Assembly: GCA_905178155.1 (NCBI GenBank)
Contig: CAJINV010000006.1
Coordinates: forward strand, 2,235,700 to 2,299,699
Direction: 5' to 3'
Origin: Amoebophrya sp. A120
Taxonomy: Eukaryota > Protista > Dinoflagellata
DNA length: 64,000 bases
In this document: one piece after another, positions 48,301 through 60,479 of the stretch
Layout of the letters: every line of letters begins with the position of its first letter
Position numbering within the stretch: position 1 is the first letter of the stretch
The notes under the pieces: model-generated
Database searches by the model: none
What the model was told of the DNA's origin: nothing
What the model saw: the letters and a program-made list of their open reading frames with translations, nothing else
Made by a program: the position numbers and the translations under genes

Positions 48301-51300
48301 AGGCGACAGGCGGCGGCGACAGGCGACGCGACAGGCGAAACGACAGGTGGAGCGACAGGCGAAACGACAGGCGACGACGCCAGGCCAAAAGCTGCAGCGC
48401 TTCATGCGGTTCCGCACCAGCAGCAGCAACAAAAAAAAGCAAAGGGCTATTGAGTTCCGCGAGCAACAAAGCAGTTTTTTGATTTTTATTCACGTGCATA
48501 AAATAGTCCCGGTTTTTCGGATATGAATGCGCTGGCTATTTTTTACACATGAATAAAAATAAAAAAGTTGGCTTTTTCTTCTCGGAAGTAGCTGAGTCGT
48601 TGCGTTTTTTTGTTGCTGCTGCTGGTGCGGAACCGCGTGAGAAATTGCCACTTTTGGCCTGTCGCCGTCGCCTGTCGTTTCGCCTCTCCTTTCGCCTGTC
48701 GTTTCGCCTCTCCTTTCGCCTGTCGCCGTCGCCTCTCGTCCTCACCTGTCGCCGTCACCTGTCGTCTGGGGTATGTGAAAAAAATAGGTCTTTTGTTTTT
48801 CTTCACGTGCAAAAAATAATTAGTTTCTTCTTATCCGAAAAAATAATTAGTAATTAATTATTTTTTCGGATAAGAGTGAAGCAATTATTTTTATTTTTTG
48901 CACGTGAATAAAAATAAAAAAAACTATTTTTTTTTTGTCGAAAGTCAATAGCAATTTTATTTATTTTTTTGCTTGGAATGTCCATGCTGCTTGTGCGAAA
49001 CCGCATGGGAAGTTGCCACTTTTGGCCTGTCGTCGCCGCCTGTCGCTTCGCCTCTCCTTTCGCCTGTCGCTTCGCCTGTCCTTTCGCCTGTCGTTTCGCC
49101 TGTCGTTTCACCTCTCGCCGCCACCTGTCGCCGTCACCTCTCGCCGTCGCCTCTCGTCTGGGGTATGTGATTACAGAACCCGGAAGTCAAGCAATATAAA
49201 TATTAATCTCCTTCTCAACGTAAATCAGCATTACAAATTCAATTTTTAATGCTGAGCGAATTTGTAATGCAAATACTACTACGTAAGTACGATTACTTTT
49301 GCAATTCATATGTCTATCCCGTTCGCGAATTCTCAGGTTCTCTCTTTTGTTCAAGTTCTGGAGCACCTTCGGCACCGTTTTCGGGCCGTATAACAGTGCA
49401 CCAACCTTCCTCCCCCTCATTTGTATAGCATGAACGGCAATACTAGCATCGGCAAGAATGCCGGTTTTGCATGAGAAATTTGCAATGAAGTACTATATAT
49501 GCCAGCATTTGGGCTACGAGAACTTGTCATGCAAACAGTGCTAAAAGCGGCAAAGCGAGGATTGGTTATTTTGCATGACAAATCAGGGGGAGGGGGGATT
49601 GTGCACTGTCATAGGCCGAAGGTAACGGAGATCCCGCGGTCGTTCTTTCCCCAATAAAGTCGTTTGTTTACAAAAGAGCCTCCGTGGTCCTGCTGCCCGA
49701 GATGATTTATTTCAACCTGGTTTCTAAAAAGCTTCTTCGGCTTGTTGTTTTTATTCCTCTGCGTGGGGGAAATCGGCAGGGAGGCCGCGGAAATCAGGGT
49801 CGTTTTGCTTGTAAAGGATGCTCATGAACTGCAAAAGTACTATCGATATCGCACTCGTAGGAATTGCAATCATGCATTACAAATCTTCTTCTCAAGGTAA
49901 ATCCGCATCACAAAGTCTATTTCTCATGCTCAGAAAATTTGTAATGCATTTCTACGAAGATTACGATGCTTTTGCAGTTCATAATGCTGCAGGTGGGCCC
50001 CCGGAAGTTGTAGATGATACTGGTGCAGCTGCTGCTGCTGCTGCGTTGACCAAGGTTTGACTAACCGTGGTGGCGGACACCAAATTGTCTATGTGCATCA
50101 GACTCGAAGAGGATGTAGTTGCAGCTGTAGTTGTTCCAGCACGGAGAATATCCGTTGTAGTTGCGTGTGTTGCAGGACGAACAGAGTTGTTGTTGTCCAA
50201 AACCAAATCATCTTGCTCGTCCAGCATCATATTAACGTCCGCGTCGAAGCTCTCCAGAATTGGTGAAGACCCCGCACTGCTCGGCAAGGGTTCCATCTCG
50301 TCCTCTTCTATATGCAGCGCAAAAGGATCGCACTCGTGTACTTAAATGCATTACAAATTTCCGCAGCATGAGAAATGAAATTTGTAATGCGGATTTACCT
50401 CAACAAAAAGATTTGTGATGCATGATTGCAATACGAGTACGATACTTTTGCAGAGGATATTCCACCGGGTCGGACCACAGCAAATCGCACAACAACCCTT
50501 CCCCCGGCACGGCCGTCGGCCTTTGGATCATCCGAATGCGGTCCAGCGAGTCTAGTTCCGGGGACAAGCCGCCGTGCATACAGAGGATCTTCGCTTGGCG
50601 ATTATTGTTCGAGGGGTTTGTTGTAATGCTGTTCTGCATGACAGATGCTGCATTACTCGACAAAGTCGGAGACGTGTTGAAATGGATCACCGCGGCGACC
50701 GGCAGCACGTTAAAACTGTCGACAAAACACTTCCAGAGCTTCACGCCGTGTTGCTTGGAAAACCTTTTACACTCATCGTAAAACCCGTACACCCGGTTGA
50801 TGCACGGGCACTCGTGGTTCCCCCGGAGGAGAAAGGTTTGACCCGATGATGCTGTTCTACTTGTTCCGGGTAATTTGTCATGCTGTTTGTGTTTGGCAAG
50901 TAACACCATGGCGTAGAGCAGACAGACCACATCGATGCTGCGCATGCCGTATCCTGTGCAAAGGTATCGCACTCGTAGTAATTGCAGTCATGCATTACAA
51001 ATCTTTTTCTTAAGGTAGGTCCGCATTACAAATTTCATTTCTCATGCTAAGAGAATTTGTAATGCATTTATACGAGAAGTACGATACCTTTGCAATTCAT
51101 ATGCCACGGTCCACGTAATCGCCCAGGAAGAGGTAGGAGGAAGTGGATGAAGCAAGATTCTGCGGAGGCTGCAGGATTTCATTTTCTCCAGAAATTTTTT
51201 CCTGCTGGTCAACATTCAGAGCGGCTGCGTTTGAACCCGAATTATAAACCGAAGAGCTGGCTCTTCTTGCAGCTATCATCCTGTTCGCACGAGAGGACTG

Positions 51301-53864
51301 TGAGATTTCTTGGTTGACAAATTTCGATTGGGGTTCTTGAGAAAAAAACTGGTGGATGTGGTCACTATGAGGTAGAAATGCTTGTGGTTGATGTTCTTCC
51401 AGACGCTGTTGATCCGCAAAACTTCTAGACGAGTCCGCGGAGATTCGGCGTCGTTTCGCGAAGTGGATGTTGGATTCCTCGTCGTTTAGATTTGGATGCC
51501 GCGGTTGTGCAGCTGCCCATGGCACGTGGCCACTGAAGTTGTTACCGTTGCTGGTACCCTGTTGCATGATCATCTGTTGCTCACTGTCCTCCACGACACT
51601 CATGTTCACATTACTGCTCCGTTTCGACGAAGAAACCATGCTGTCCCCGCTGAGCCGGGCAGATTTATTTTGGAGGTCCTCGTGCCGCGCAGCTGCAGGT
51701 GCAGCTCCACCCACTTGTTCTTTCGATTCCCACTTTCCTTTGCGCACCAAGTCCTGGTTATCAAATGCAAAGATGTCTGGGTCTGGAAGAGTGTATGTTT
51801 GTCATGCTTGTCTGGCATGGCTCTTAAATCTGTCATACACGTTACCCAAGAGCCCCTCTTTGCTGTCATGCAGGAACGCAGATTGTCATGCATAATAGGC
51901 AACACCTAGAGGCTCAGAAGCTTGCAATGCTGAGCCAGAACTTGTGGCCTATTCATGATACGCCACCCAGCATCAGAAGTTTCCAGACCCAGACATTTTT
52001 ACAATCCATACTGGTAGCTCGGGCTGCTCGGCTGGTCGTGGCCCTTCATGTCTTCCAGGGTCTATCCCAAGAAAGAAGTAACTCACTGTAAACTTGTGAT
52101 GCGGGAACGGATCATGCAATCGACGGAAGCGTTTGTCTTCGACTAGCAAGAACGTAAGAAAGTTGCTAGCGTCGACGGCCTTTCCCGGTTCATCTTGAGA
52201 TAGAAACAAGCGCGGAGAGTAAATTTTCTTATGTCAACATGTAGAACATCAAACTGGAGACTACACTAACCCTGCAAAATCCTATACAACGACAGTGAAT
52301 GTTCACTTCTTTCGTGCGATAAGGTCCGCCCGAAATGCAGCAGTCCGGTTTTCAAGCTTTCGAACAGAAACCCACCGGACGAAGGGAGCGAGCGACGAGA
52401 CTGCTTACTGGAAAAATTCGAGCTATAATCCGCCGCTGCAAAAAGACTGTTGGAGCCAGCAGAAGATTCACCTTGGAGCAGCTTGCTCGGGTGCTGTTCT
52501 TGCTGCGCCCCCGCGCTGGAGAAAGATTGGAACAAGCCGCTATTTCGCTGGAGAACAAAGCTGCTATCATTGTTCCTCATCACGTGGTCCGCGGAGGCAG
52601 CATTGGCATTATGGGTACTAGTTGCACCATCGAGAGCTGCAGGTGGACCACCAAGGGATGCGCTCCTTCTCGGGCGAGGAAAGTCTGCAACCTCCGTCCC
52701 GCGTCGACGTGAAGAAGAGCCACAGTTCTTTGCAGCTGCTTGTAGTTCCTGACCGGCTCTTATTTTCACAGGCGACGTGCTGTCAAACACTCTGTTGCCA
52801 GCCTGTTGCCGTTGATGCAGTCCTGCGGGGAGAATCTCATGTGGATGATGTCCGGCGCTACTACTAGCTGCCACAAGACCACCACCAGTGCCGCCGACAG
52901 TAGTGCCAACTCCACCACCCCCTCCCCGCGGCACAGCATGATGCTTGTACGACGGGGGACTATCGAGCAGCAGATTTTTTGCCCCTTTGTGGAGGTTTTT
53001 GTTTTTTAACTTTAAATGTTGTCCGTGTTCTTGGTCGTCCTGGTGACGCAGTCCATCTCCGCCGCCGGCTCCGGAGGACTGAGAGCCACCGCTTTTCGAT
53101 GGTTGATTTTGCATGTTAGTCACAGCTTGGGCTCCTCCAAAGTGGTTCTCGTCCATTACGGTGTTTACGAGCGGCACGACAGGTTGGATTGTAGTGGAAG
53201 ATCCGTTGTACCATCCGGGTTCTTGTCCTTGACCTTGCTGTAGTAGTCCAGAAGTGGCTGCGCCGTAGTTGTAGCCGGCTACTCTCGATCCATCAATAGC
53301 TACTGTTTCTTGTTGAGCTTTCTCCTCCTCATTAGTAGAGGCAAAAATTCGAAGAAGATCCTCAAACTGTCCATGGACATCGCCGCAGACGTGGAGGTGC
53401 TGACTATGTTGACTCGAGGAACTTGTGGTTAACGATGAACTACCACGACCTGCTCCGTCGCTATAATTTTGAAGATTCCTACCTCTACTAGGACTGAAGC
53501 TGCTGGCCCCAGCACCTCCTGCAGTGGTGTTCTTATCGCAGTTCAGGTCGATTTCAAGCAGACTGCCCCACTCTTCGAGGAAAAACTTTCTGGCGTACCG
53601 GATGAGAATCAACACGTCCGCGATAGAGAGAATTTTCTGCGGCGGCCTGTCTTTCGGATTGGACAGAACCTTTCGGAGAACGCGCGTGAGTTTGGCGCGG
53701 TAGGGGTCTTGGTGTAGCAGTTCCTCTTGATGTGGCCCTCGTACGCGTGCTGTGGAACAAGAAGAGGAGACAAGGTTGTGGAGCTGTTCTTGTGTTGAAC
53801 CAGCGTCGCGGCCGTCGCGCATGATGGTGCCTCTGCCTGCACCTCCTTCAATAACTGGAGCCAT
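39317..53864 (-). CDS. PP1-like Ser/Thr phosphatase catalytic subunit with long low-complexity insertions
   Basis: [65 protein letters not shown]|[10 protein letters not shown] and LF|[11 protein letters not shown] are joined in frame across 10 TIR elements. Confidence 0.93.
39378..39535. mobile_element. TIR introner-like element, family A
   Basis: Family A TIR; DR ACGGT. Confidence 0.9.
39619..39881. mobile_element. TIR introner-like element, family B
   Basis: DR AGAAC; splits LF|SAPNY. Confidence 0.92.
39946..40206. mobile_element. TIR introner-like element, family B variant
   Basis: DR TGCGC; splits the catalytic RAH|Q motif. Confidence 0.92.
40530..46300. repeat. GC-rich satellite array, ~175-190 bp unit, roughly 30-33 diverged copies
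   Basis: Recurring GGGGCTTCGCGCGATAGCCGGAGAAGCAAGGAACAGAGCGGGGCAAGGCTGGCCAGC...TTTTCGGAAAAGC. Confidence 0.95.
46310..48180. repeat. Second tandem array, ~225 bp unit built from TTCGCGAATATTCC subrepeats; interrupted at ~47160-47510
   Basis: AGAACACAACCCCCGCCCGAAT recurs about 7 times. Confidence 0.9.
48290..49170. repeat. Inverted plus direct repeat block with a CGCCTGTCG minisatellite
   Basis: 48290-48500 is the reverse complement of ~48550-48775, which recurs directly at ~48900-49170. Confidence 0.85.
49389..49613. mobile_element. TIR introner-like element, family J
   Basis: TIR TAT.ACAGTGCAC.A....CCTCCCCCT.ATTTGT; DR GGCCG. Confidence 0.9.
49823..49983. mobile_element. TIR introner-like element, family A
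   Basis: Family A TIR; DR ATGCT. Confidence 0.9.
50311..50459. mobile_element. TIR introner-like element, family A
   Basis: Family A TIR; DR TTCTA/TTCCA. Confidence 0.9.
50950..51101. mobile_element. TIR introner-like element, family A
   Basis: DR TGCCG/TGCCA; lies directly after GDYVDRG. Confidence 0.9.
51759..52010. mobile_element. TIR introner-like element, family B variant
   Basis: Family B TIR; DR CTGGT. Confidence 0.9.
52063..52321. mobile_element. TIR introner-like element, family K (degenerate)
   Basis: TIR TATC.CA.GAAAGAAGT..CACTGT; DR GGGTC/AGGTC; frame restored. Confidence 0.8.
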
Positions 53865-56413
53865 GAGCAGGAGGGTGAGGACCTCAACAAGGATGTTGGG
53901 TTGCTGCGGTTGCCGTATGCGTATTCTTGTTGTAGTGGGTACAAATTGCTCTCAGAAAAACATGGTTTAGTGGCATCTAGAAATATTAACAAGGACAGCG
54001 ACAGGCTACTGTAATTACAATTGGTTCATCTGTGCCAGACTGCAGAAGAAAACCTCGCTACGGCAGTTGCTATCTTGTTGGCTGCATCGGGGCTTTGCAA
54101 CTTATCTCCCCAGGGTTCGGGTGCTACGTCTCTCGTTTGCTGAGGGCGCACCTCCCTGCCCAAACGGCGTACTACGAAGCCGGCGCTGTCGGTTTGCTAG
54201 GTATCAAGACAAGAACAAGCCGAAGAACTCCGAAGGCTAGCGCGCGGCATTCGCATTACGAGCGGTGGCAGTTTCACTGGCATCACACAAAACACTCGAA
54301 GGGGGGAGACGGCGCGACGCCTGCAGCTGCCCTCTTAATTTGGTGCGGGGCTGCGTCGCTCAGAACGGGCGCGCGGCCCCATAAATGCTGCGGACGACCA
54401 TCATATGACCGCAGCCGCATGCTGTGCGGAGGCCGCGTCAATAAAGCTTGGCTGCTCACGCGCCCGCGCCAGCGGTTTGCGGCGCGCAGGCTTCAGTGCT
54501 TGCACTGCCAGCGGCCGGCTAATGCCCGGCGCGCCCGCGAGTAAGAAAGTACGTGCCCGTGGCCGCTGGCAAAAATCGCGCCACCTTACTAGCCCCGCCG
54601 ACCGCCCTGCCAATCGGGGCCCACCCTGCCGGGGCCCATGTATCCCCCCGGGGCCCATATGGCTGCCCGGTCGCACGCTTGCCCGCTGCGCCGGCCGGCC
54701 CCCCGGCCCAGGTGTAAAAGGCCCGGCCGGGGGCGGGGGGGCAGCGGGGGCGCGCCGTCCGAATATCGCGGGCCGCACCCGGCTGCCAATACGCAAGCAA
54801 GGGCAGGGGCAGAAAAGAGGCGGCGGCGCCGTCGTTCATGGCCCTCCTGCTGCTCTCGTCGCTCGACCGCGTGACAGACGTCAGAAAGAGTTCGGCCAAG
54901 CGCGCCCCGCAGCTGGCGCGTCCGCTGGGCTGGGATAGCCGGAGCCGGACGGCGTCAATCGGTCCAGCAACAAATAAAGAAAGGGCGCCCGGCTGGGGCG
55001 CGTCGCGTTTCCCAACGTGGCGGGCCCGCAGCCCATCGGCGCGCTGCCAATGCTTGAACGCCCGGCCGCGGCGGTGCCTCTTTTGCCCACACGCGACGCG
55101 CCCCATATGCGTGGCCGAACGTGCTGGGCGATCGGAATCAATTCCCTCGCCCGCCGGGGCGCGTCGCGTTTCCCAGCGTGGTCGCCATGCGCATGCTGAA
55201 AGCCACCAAGCCACCTAGCGCCATGCGCTTCATAGCATCGGCCGCTGGGTAATCAACAACCCGCCCCCGCCGGCGCGCTGGCCGTCCACGCTGGGCCGCG
55301 GGCGCGGTCGGCGACTGTACGCAGAGGCGCGGGGACCTTCGCTCGTCATCATCTCACTTGCGCCATGACGCCGCCCAAGTCAGTGCTGTGATTGCATTTG
55401 GCCGAGCCCGCCACGAGACTGTCGCGCGCCACAGGAGTAGAAATATCAACCGCAGGGCCCTGACCGTGCCAGGGCACAACATTCAGCCGCGGCGCAGGCA
55501 GCCAAGCGGGCCCGAAGCGGCGCAGGGAAGGGGGGGGGCCGGGTTTTCACGCTATCGCCATCGAGAACGCGCGCCCCCTTACGCCCCCCCCCCCATACGG
55601 GCGCGGGGGCCCGGGTCTTCTTTCGGCTGCGGCCCCCTGCCTGCGGGCGCTCCCACAAGGGCGCCCGCCCGGGGCTGCGCGGAAAATTATTACAGCGCGG
55701 CCGGGGGCTTTTCTACAAGAAAAGCAAAAACAACGAGGCCCGACGGCAGCGCTCGGCCCCGAAGGGGCGGGGCGCGCCCCGGGCCCTCCGCGCCGCTCCG
55801 TCCCGCCCTTGTTCTCCCGCCTAGGGTTGCGCATCTCCACCGGGTGGCGCGAATCTGCTTCGTTCACCTTTTTGCCCAACTTCTGCGCCGCGTCCTTGGC
55901 CTTTTCGTGGAGTGCGCGGCGCTTCCCCTGCCGCCCGACGGCACACACCTGGCCCCGTTTGTTTCTCCGCGTCGCTATTCTGAAACCAGCACGAACAACG
56001 GAAGCTGGAATCCAATAGGAGGGCTTCATGCGCCACAGCAGCAGCAATGTGGCGGGACTCAACATCTGCATCTGCCTACCGAAAAAGGTGTCGAACATGC
56101 TAACTGCTTCCGCACTTGCTTGCCTTAGCTAGGGGGCACTGCGCCTTCAGCTTCACTCGCGTTATAATAAGTGCTGCACGTTCTTCACAAATACATTCTG
56201 CTATAGCTTTTTTTATCACTGTCTTGCAAATTTCATTTCCATCATGAGTCTAGTACTAGTAGCCAGATGAGGACATTCTTACTGATCTGCTCCTCAGGTC
56301 CGTGTGTAGTGCACACCTCATTTGCTAAAGCACACGAAAGAACAACACCACCTCCACACATCAACACCATCTCAGGGCCGCCTTTTCACAGAACGAAATT
56401 TTCCTCCTCACCC

Positions 56414-58676
56414 TCACCACAAAAACGGAATCACGGCCTTCCTTCCCAGCGCCTTGTATTTTTCTCCGAAATGATCCAAGTACCAGTTGTGGTGGTGGTA
56501 CCCCCGCGGCCCGATGTTTGCGAATGTGCAGTATGAACTGCAAAAGCATCGCACTCGTATTCATAGCAAACAGGCATGACAAATCTTCTATTCTTCCTAA
56601 GGTAAAACAGGATTACAAATTCCATTTCTACTATTGCTGCGGGAACTTGTCATGCTATTCATGCTAGTACGATACTTTTGCAATGCATATGTAGCACGCG
56701 AAAGCGACAGTCGGTAGGGAGAAATTGTTCGCCATCGCAAACCCGAACCATTCCAAAATCTCGGCTGCAAGATTGGCAGCGGACACGAAGTAAAAGAGGC
56801 CGCCGAACGGGATCTTGTAGCTCTTCTTCACTGCAGCGGAAGTTGTGCTACTAGAGGCACCTGGGGTCTTTGTCCCCCCGGTCCTCCCGTTACTACCATG
56901 ACTTGATCCAGGGGATTTGTTCGACCGGTTTCTACTGCGTTTCATCACTCTCTGCTGGGAACTGGACCTTCGGCGCAAGTTCTGGATCGTCTGCGACGCG
57001 GACGAAATGGCAGATTTCATCGCGGTCTTTATCCTCGTCGTGGCCGTCCCGGAAGAAGTCGTCAGGTCTTTCTTATCCGGACTGGTTTTCAGTTGAAACG
57101 CAGCTGCGCTCTTTTCTGGACTCGATTTTACCGACGGGGTCGCGGCGTCCTTGATTTGTTCTCCACTTTGATTTCGTTTCTTCAACGGCGTTTTGTTTTC
57201 CGCAGCACCCATTTCAATTTCTCCCGTAGCAGAAGAACCTCCATGATCTTCTGTTTTCATCTTGCTATCGTCTTTCCTTCTCAAGTTGATCAAAATTGAG
57301 TCTGCGTGGATGTTCAGAATCATGCCCACCGTGGCTATCGTGAACCCGATCCGAAACACTGGCGTGTTAAACAGAAATTCGTTGGAAAACTCCGTGACGT
57401 AGAGCAGCACGATATGCATTGCAAAGCAAAAGCACGGTGACGGTAGTGGTAAAAATTGCATTACAAATTTTTCCAAAAGCAAAAAGAAAAATGAACTTTG
57501 TCATGCTGATTCCGGTAAGAGAGTAGATTTGTGATGCCAGTCTGGCATTTCTGCGAGTACCACGATTATCATTATACTTTTGCAATTCATATGCGATGGA
57601 CTGCTGCAATCCGTTCCACACGCAAAAGAGAAAAGCGAGGCAAGACACGATCAAGGGCACTTTGGTGGCGTTGGGGCTCATGCGGCACAGCGGGTAGATA
57701 ATGGCGCGCTGAATGTAGTGCGCCTCGAAAAAAAGGAGAAGGAAAATACTGCAGGGGTGGAGTCTGTTGTAGTTCAAATATGTTGTTATTCCAGTTCTGT
57801 AGCAGAAGTAGGCTGGTGCACGTGCAGCAACACAAATACGAACAGTATTGCCCTGATCTTCTTCCATGTCTACTCTGCATGACAGATAAAAGGCAGAGAA
57901 ATAGAATCACCGTACCTCCGAAACGCCTGCAGCGCCGTGCCTTCAAACGTGTAGACATAGTGCAGGACCACCAACAGATATCGCAAGAAAAAACTGTTTT
58001 ACTATGAATTTGTGATGCAGAAAGTGGAACACAGAACTATTTGTCTTGCTACACCTGCAACACATTGCATTTTTAAGGGTGTTTTCCCTTGGGAAGCGCG
58101 CATGACAGACTTTCAGCGTCATGTGTAACAAACTTGTGATGTTGCAGATTTAGCAAAATTATCACAGTGAGACAGTTTTTTCGTGGGATAACAGAGGGAC
58201 CCACCAGGAAGGCGACTCTTGCCAACACCAAGCGAGTTTCGGGTTTTGCAAATAGCCCCACTTACTGTCTGCATACCGGCCGTAGGGGGCTTTGATCAGC
58301 ATGCAGGCAATGAAGGTGATGACGCCAACGATCAACATGAGCCACGGGGATATCGCAAGAAAAAAACTGCTTCACTGTAAACTTGTAATGCAGAATATGT
58401 ATCTGAGAAGTGTTTTTCTTGCTACACACGCAAGACAGTGGATTTTTAGCTGCGTTTTACCTTAGGTATCTCGCATGGCAAATTTTCTCTGTGACGTAGA
58501 CTCTACGTCACAGAGAAAATTTGCCTACTAGAGCAAACTTGTGATGCTAAACTTGTAAGATCTTTGCAGTGAAACACTTTTTTTCGTACGATAGAGGAAT
58601 AGTAGACATAGGTGGTGGCGGAGACCAAATGCGTGGGCAACGCACGGAAAAAGGACTCGAGAACGGTCGAGGACAT
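56414..58676 (-). CDS. Steroid 5-alpha-reductase (SRD5A/DET2 family)
   Basis: APYGRY, AWCWQESPS, HYIQRAIIYP, NIHADSILINLR, YKIPFGGLFYFVSAANLAAEILEWFGFA, GPRGYHHHNWY, RKAVIPF. It has 4 elements and a GT intron near 57915. Confidence 0.95.
56532..56689. mobile_element. TIR introner-like element, family A
   Basis: Family A TIR; DR TGCAG/TGTAG. Confidence 0.88.
57413..57591. mobile_element. TIR introner-like element, family A (degenerate)
   Basis: Degenerate TIR; DR CACGA/TGCGA. Confidence 0.8.
57979..58190. mobile_element. TIR introner-like element, family K
   Basis: Family K TIR; DR ACAGA. Confidence 0.88.
58351..58593. mobile_element. TIR introner-like element, family K
   Basis: DR GGGGA/GAGGA; contains a perfect internal hairpin. 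Confidence 0.88.
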
Positions 58677-59981
58677 TTTGTACTATTGTTTTTTTTTTCA
58701 GAAGATCAACATCAAGATGAAGATTTTTGTTTCAAGAACTACCGTGCGCTTCACCTTCACTCTATACCAGTGATCATGAATAATCGATGTAGTACAGGTT
58801 TTAGTTTTTGATGCTGAAGGAAGCTGCAAGAAGCGAAAAAACAAGAACATGGAACAGAGCAGCGTCATCCTCCGAATCGTTTTGTCGTTTTACTCATGCG
58901 CAGAAACGTGGTAAAAAGTACAACTAGGCGTCGCGGACATTGTTTTTTTTGGTTAACATACCAGAATCTAAACTGCACCCCCGGAACTAAACGTTTGGAC
59001 CAAACGCGTAAACGTTTGGAAAGATCTCTAAACTTCTCAACTTTGCATACAAAAGTGAAAACGGTTCAAGGGTTTGGGTTTTGGGTCTCGGGGCGCTTGC
59101 CTTCTAGTTACGTCGACGGCGCTCTTCTTTTTTTTTTTCAGAGATTTTCGCGCCGCCGGAGTGTGACGGCCCAAGGGTTACACGCTTATGGGGGCCGGCC
59201 CGTTTTAATACCCGCGACCCCGACGTAGCTTGGGCCGAAATAGGGAAGAAGATAAATTTCGCCCGGCCTGTTGGTTCTTGTGGCTGTTTGTTTGGAGGCG
59301 CAAGCGCCATCGGCTACAATATAGAAGATGTAGATGAGTCAGACAGGCAGAACCCCGAGGAAGCGCGGGCATGACTCGCATCGCCCCGATATTGTAACAA
59401 GCGGCGGGGCCTCCTCGGTAAGCTTTATCGTGCTCCGTTGACCGCCTTCCGATGATCCCGACCATGGACTCCACTAGACTACCCAATGCATGCTAGTAGT
59501 ATGAAAATGAAGCGCGTCAGTACTGTAAATAAACTCAGTGCCTTTAGTGTTAGTCAGAGTTGTGCTTGTGCTCCTGCACTGTACCTACTCTTTAAAAATT
59601 ATATTTATACATGACTCAAAATAAAAGGATATTCAGTCATTTTTATTTTTATTCATTTCCACACACTCAAATGTAATTCAGCAACGCCTGCTCTCATCGC
59701 TGTTCGGCCCCCGCGCTTGCAGAATCGTCCATCTATTGCTTGTCTTCCTAGTCCTCCTCCTCGGGGTGGCTGCTTACGGTTGTTTTCGCGTCATCAACTC
59801 CGTGGGCCGTGCGGCCGTTCCCCCTTCCTGGAGCAGGTCCAGCGTTAGCCCCGAAAGACCCTGATGAACCTCCTGCTCGTTCTGGTCCTGCTTCATCGTC
59901 GATTCTGTCTCCCTCGGGGACCTGGTCTTCCTCAGGAGCTTTACCCTTTAGGGCATGATCCTGCAGCGTGTTGGCCATCGG

Positions 59982-60246
59982 AATCATAGAAAAAAGCTGT
60001 CTCACTGTGAATTTGTAATTCAACATGCATCCATCGAAGACCGCAGTGTTCGTCTTGCTACTTATGGTAGTACACGACCACAGTGGATGACTATTGTAGT
60101 TTTGTTCTGCGGCAGAAGTAGTACTACACTTGGACAATCATTCGAAATTGATTTCCTTGTCAACATATAGATGGGGACGCTTGTTATGCAAAACTGGTGA
60201 GAAAATCCGTACAGCACTGAAACACTTTTTGTTTTTTTCTACGATA
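59982..60246. mobile_element. Degenerate family K element
   Basis: Ends resemble those of 57979 and 58351; DR unclear. Confidence 0.5.
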
Positions 60247-60479
60247 TCCGTCTTCACGAGATTATTCACGAACTTCGGCCACAGCTTGTCGACCATGGGA
60301 CTAATCCAAGAAGAAGAGAAACAACTGCTTGTGTTTCGCTATGAGGTAAATTTATTTTTTTATGGTACAAGAACTGATGCACCGCGGCAAGATGCAGCTG
60401 GACAAGCAGTTTTGCAATCCTGTTTGGCTTGCTTTGCTAAAAAAATGCGAAGCAGAATGTTCGTGCTCTTGACGGGCTG

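Larger units (their letters stand above)
40321..49206 (-). mobile_element. Nested non-autonomous Helitron-like insertion carrying tandem arrays
   Basis: No TSD; A|T target on the minus strand. A perfect 10-bp hairpin at 40331-40353 lies 10 nt from a CTTG 3' end, and the 5' end is T/AT-rich. Confidence 0.5.
40266..49310. mobile_element. Giant (~9 kb) family A introner-like element split by a nested insertion
   Basis: The left part 40266-40320 and right part 49207-49310 rejoin into a normal family A element. DR TGTCT on both sides; frame ERDR|QANS restored. Confidence 0.9.
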
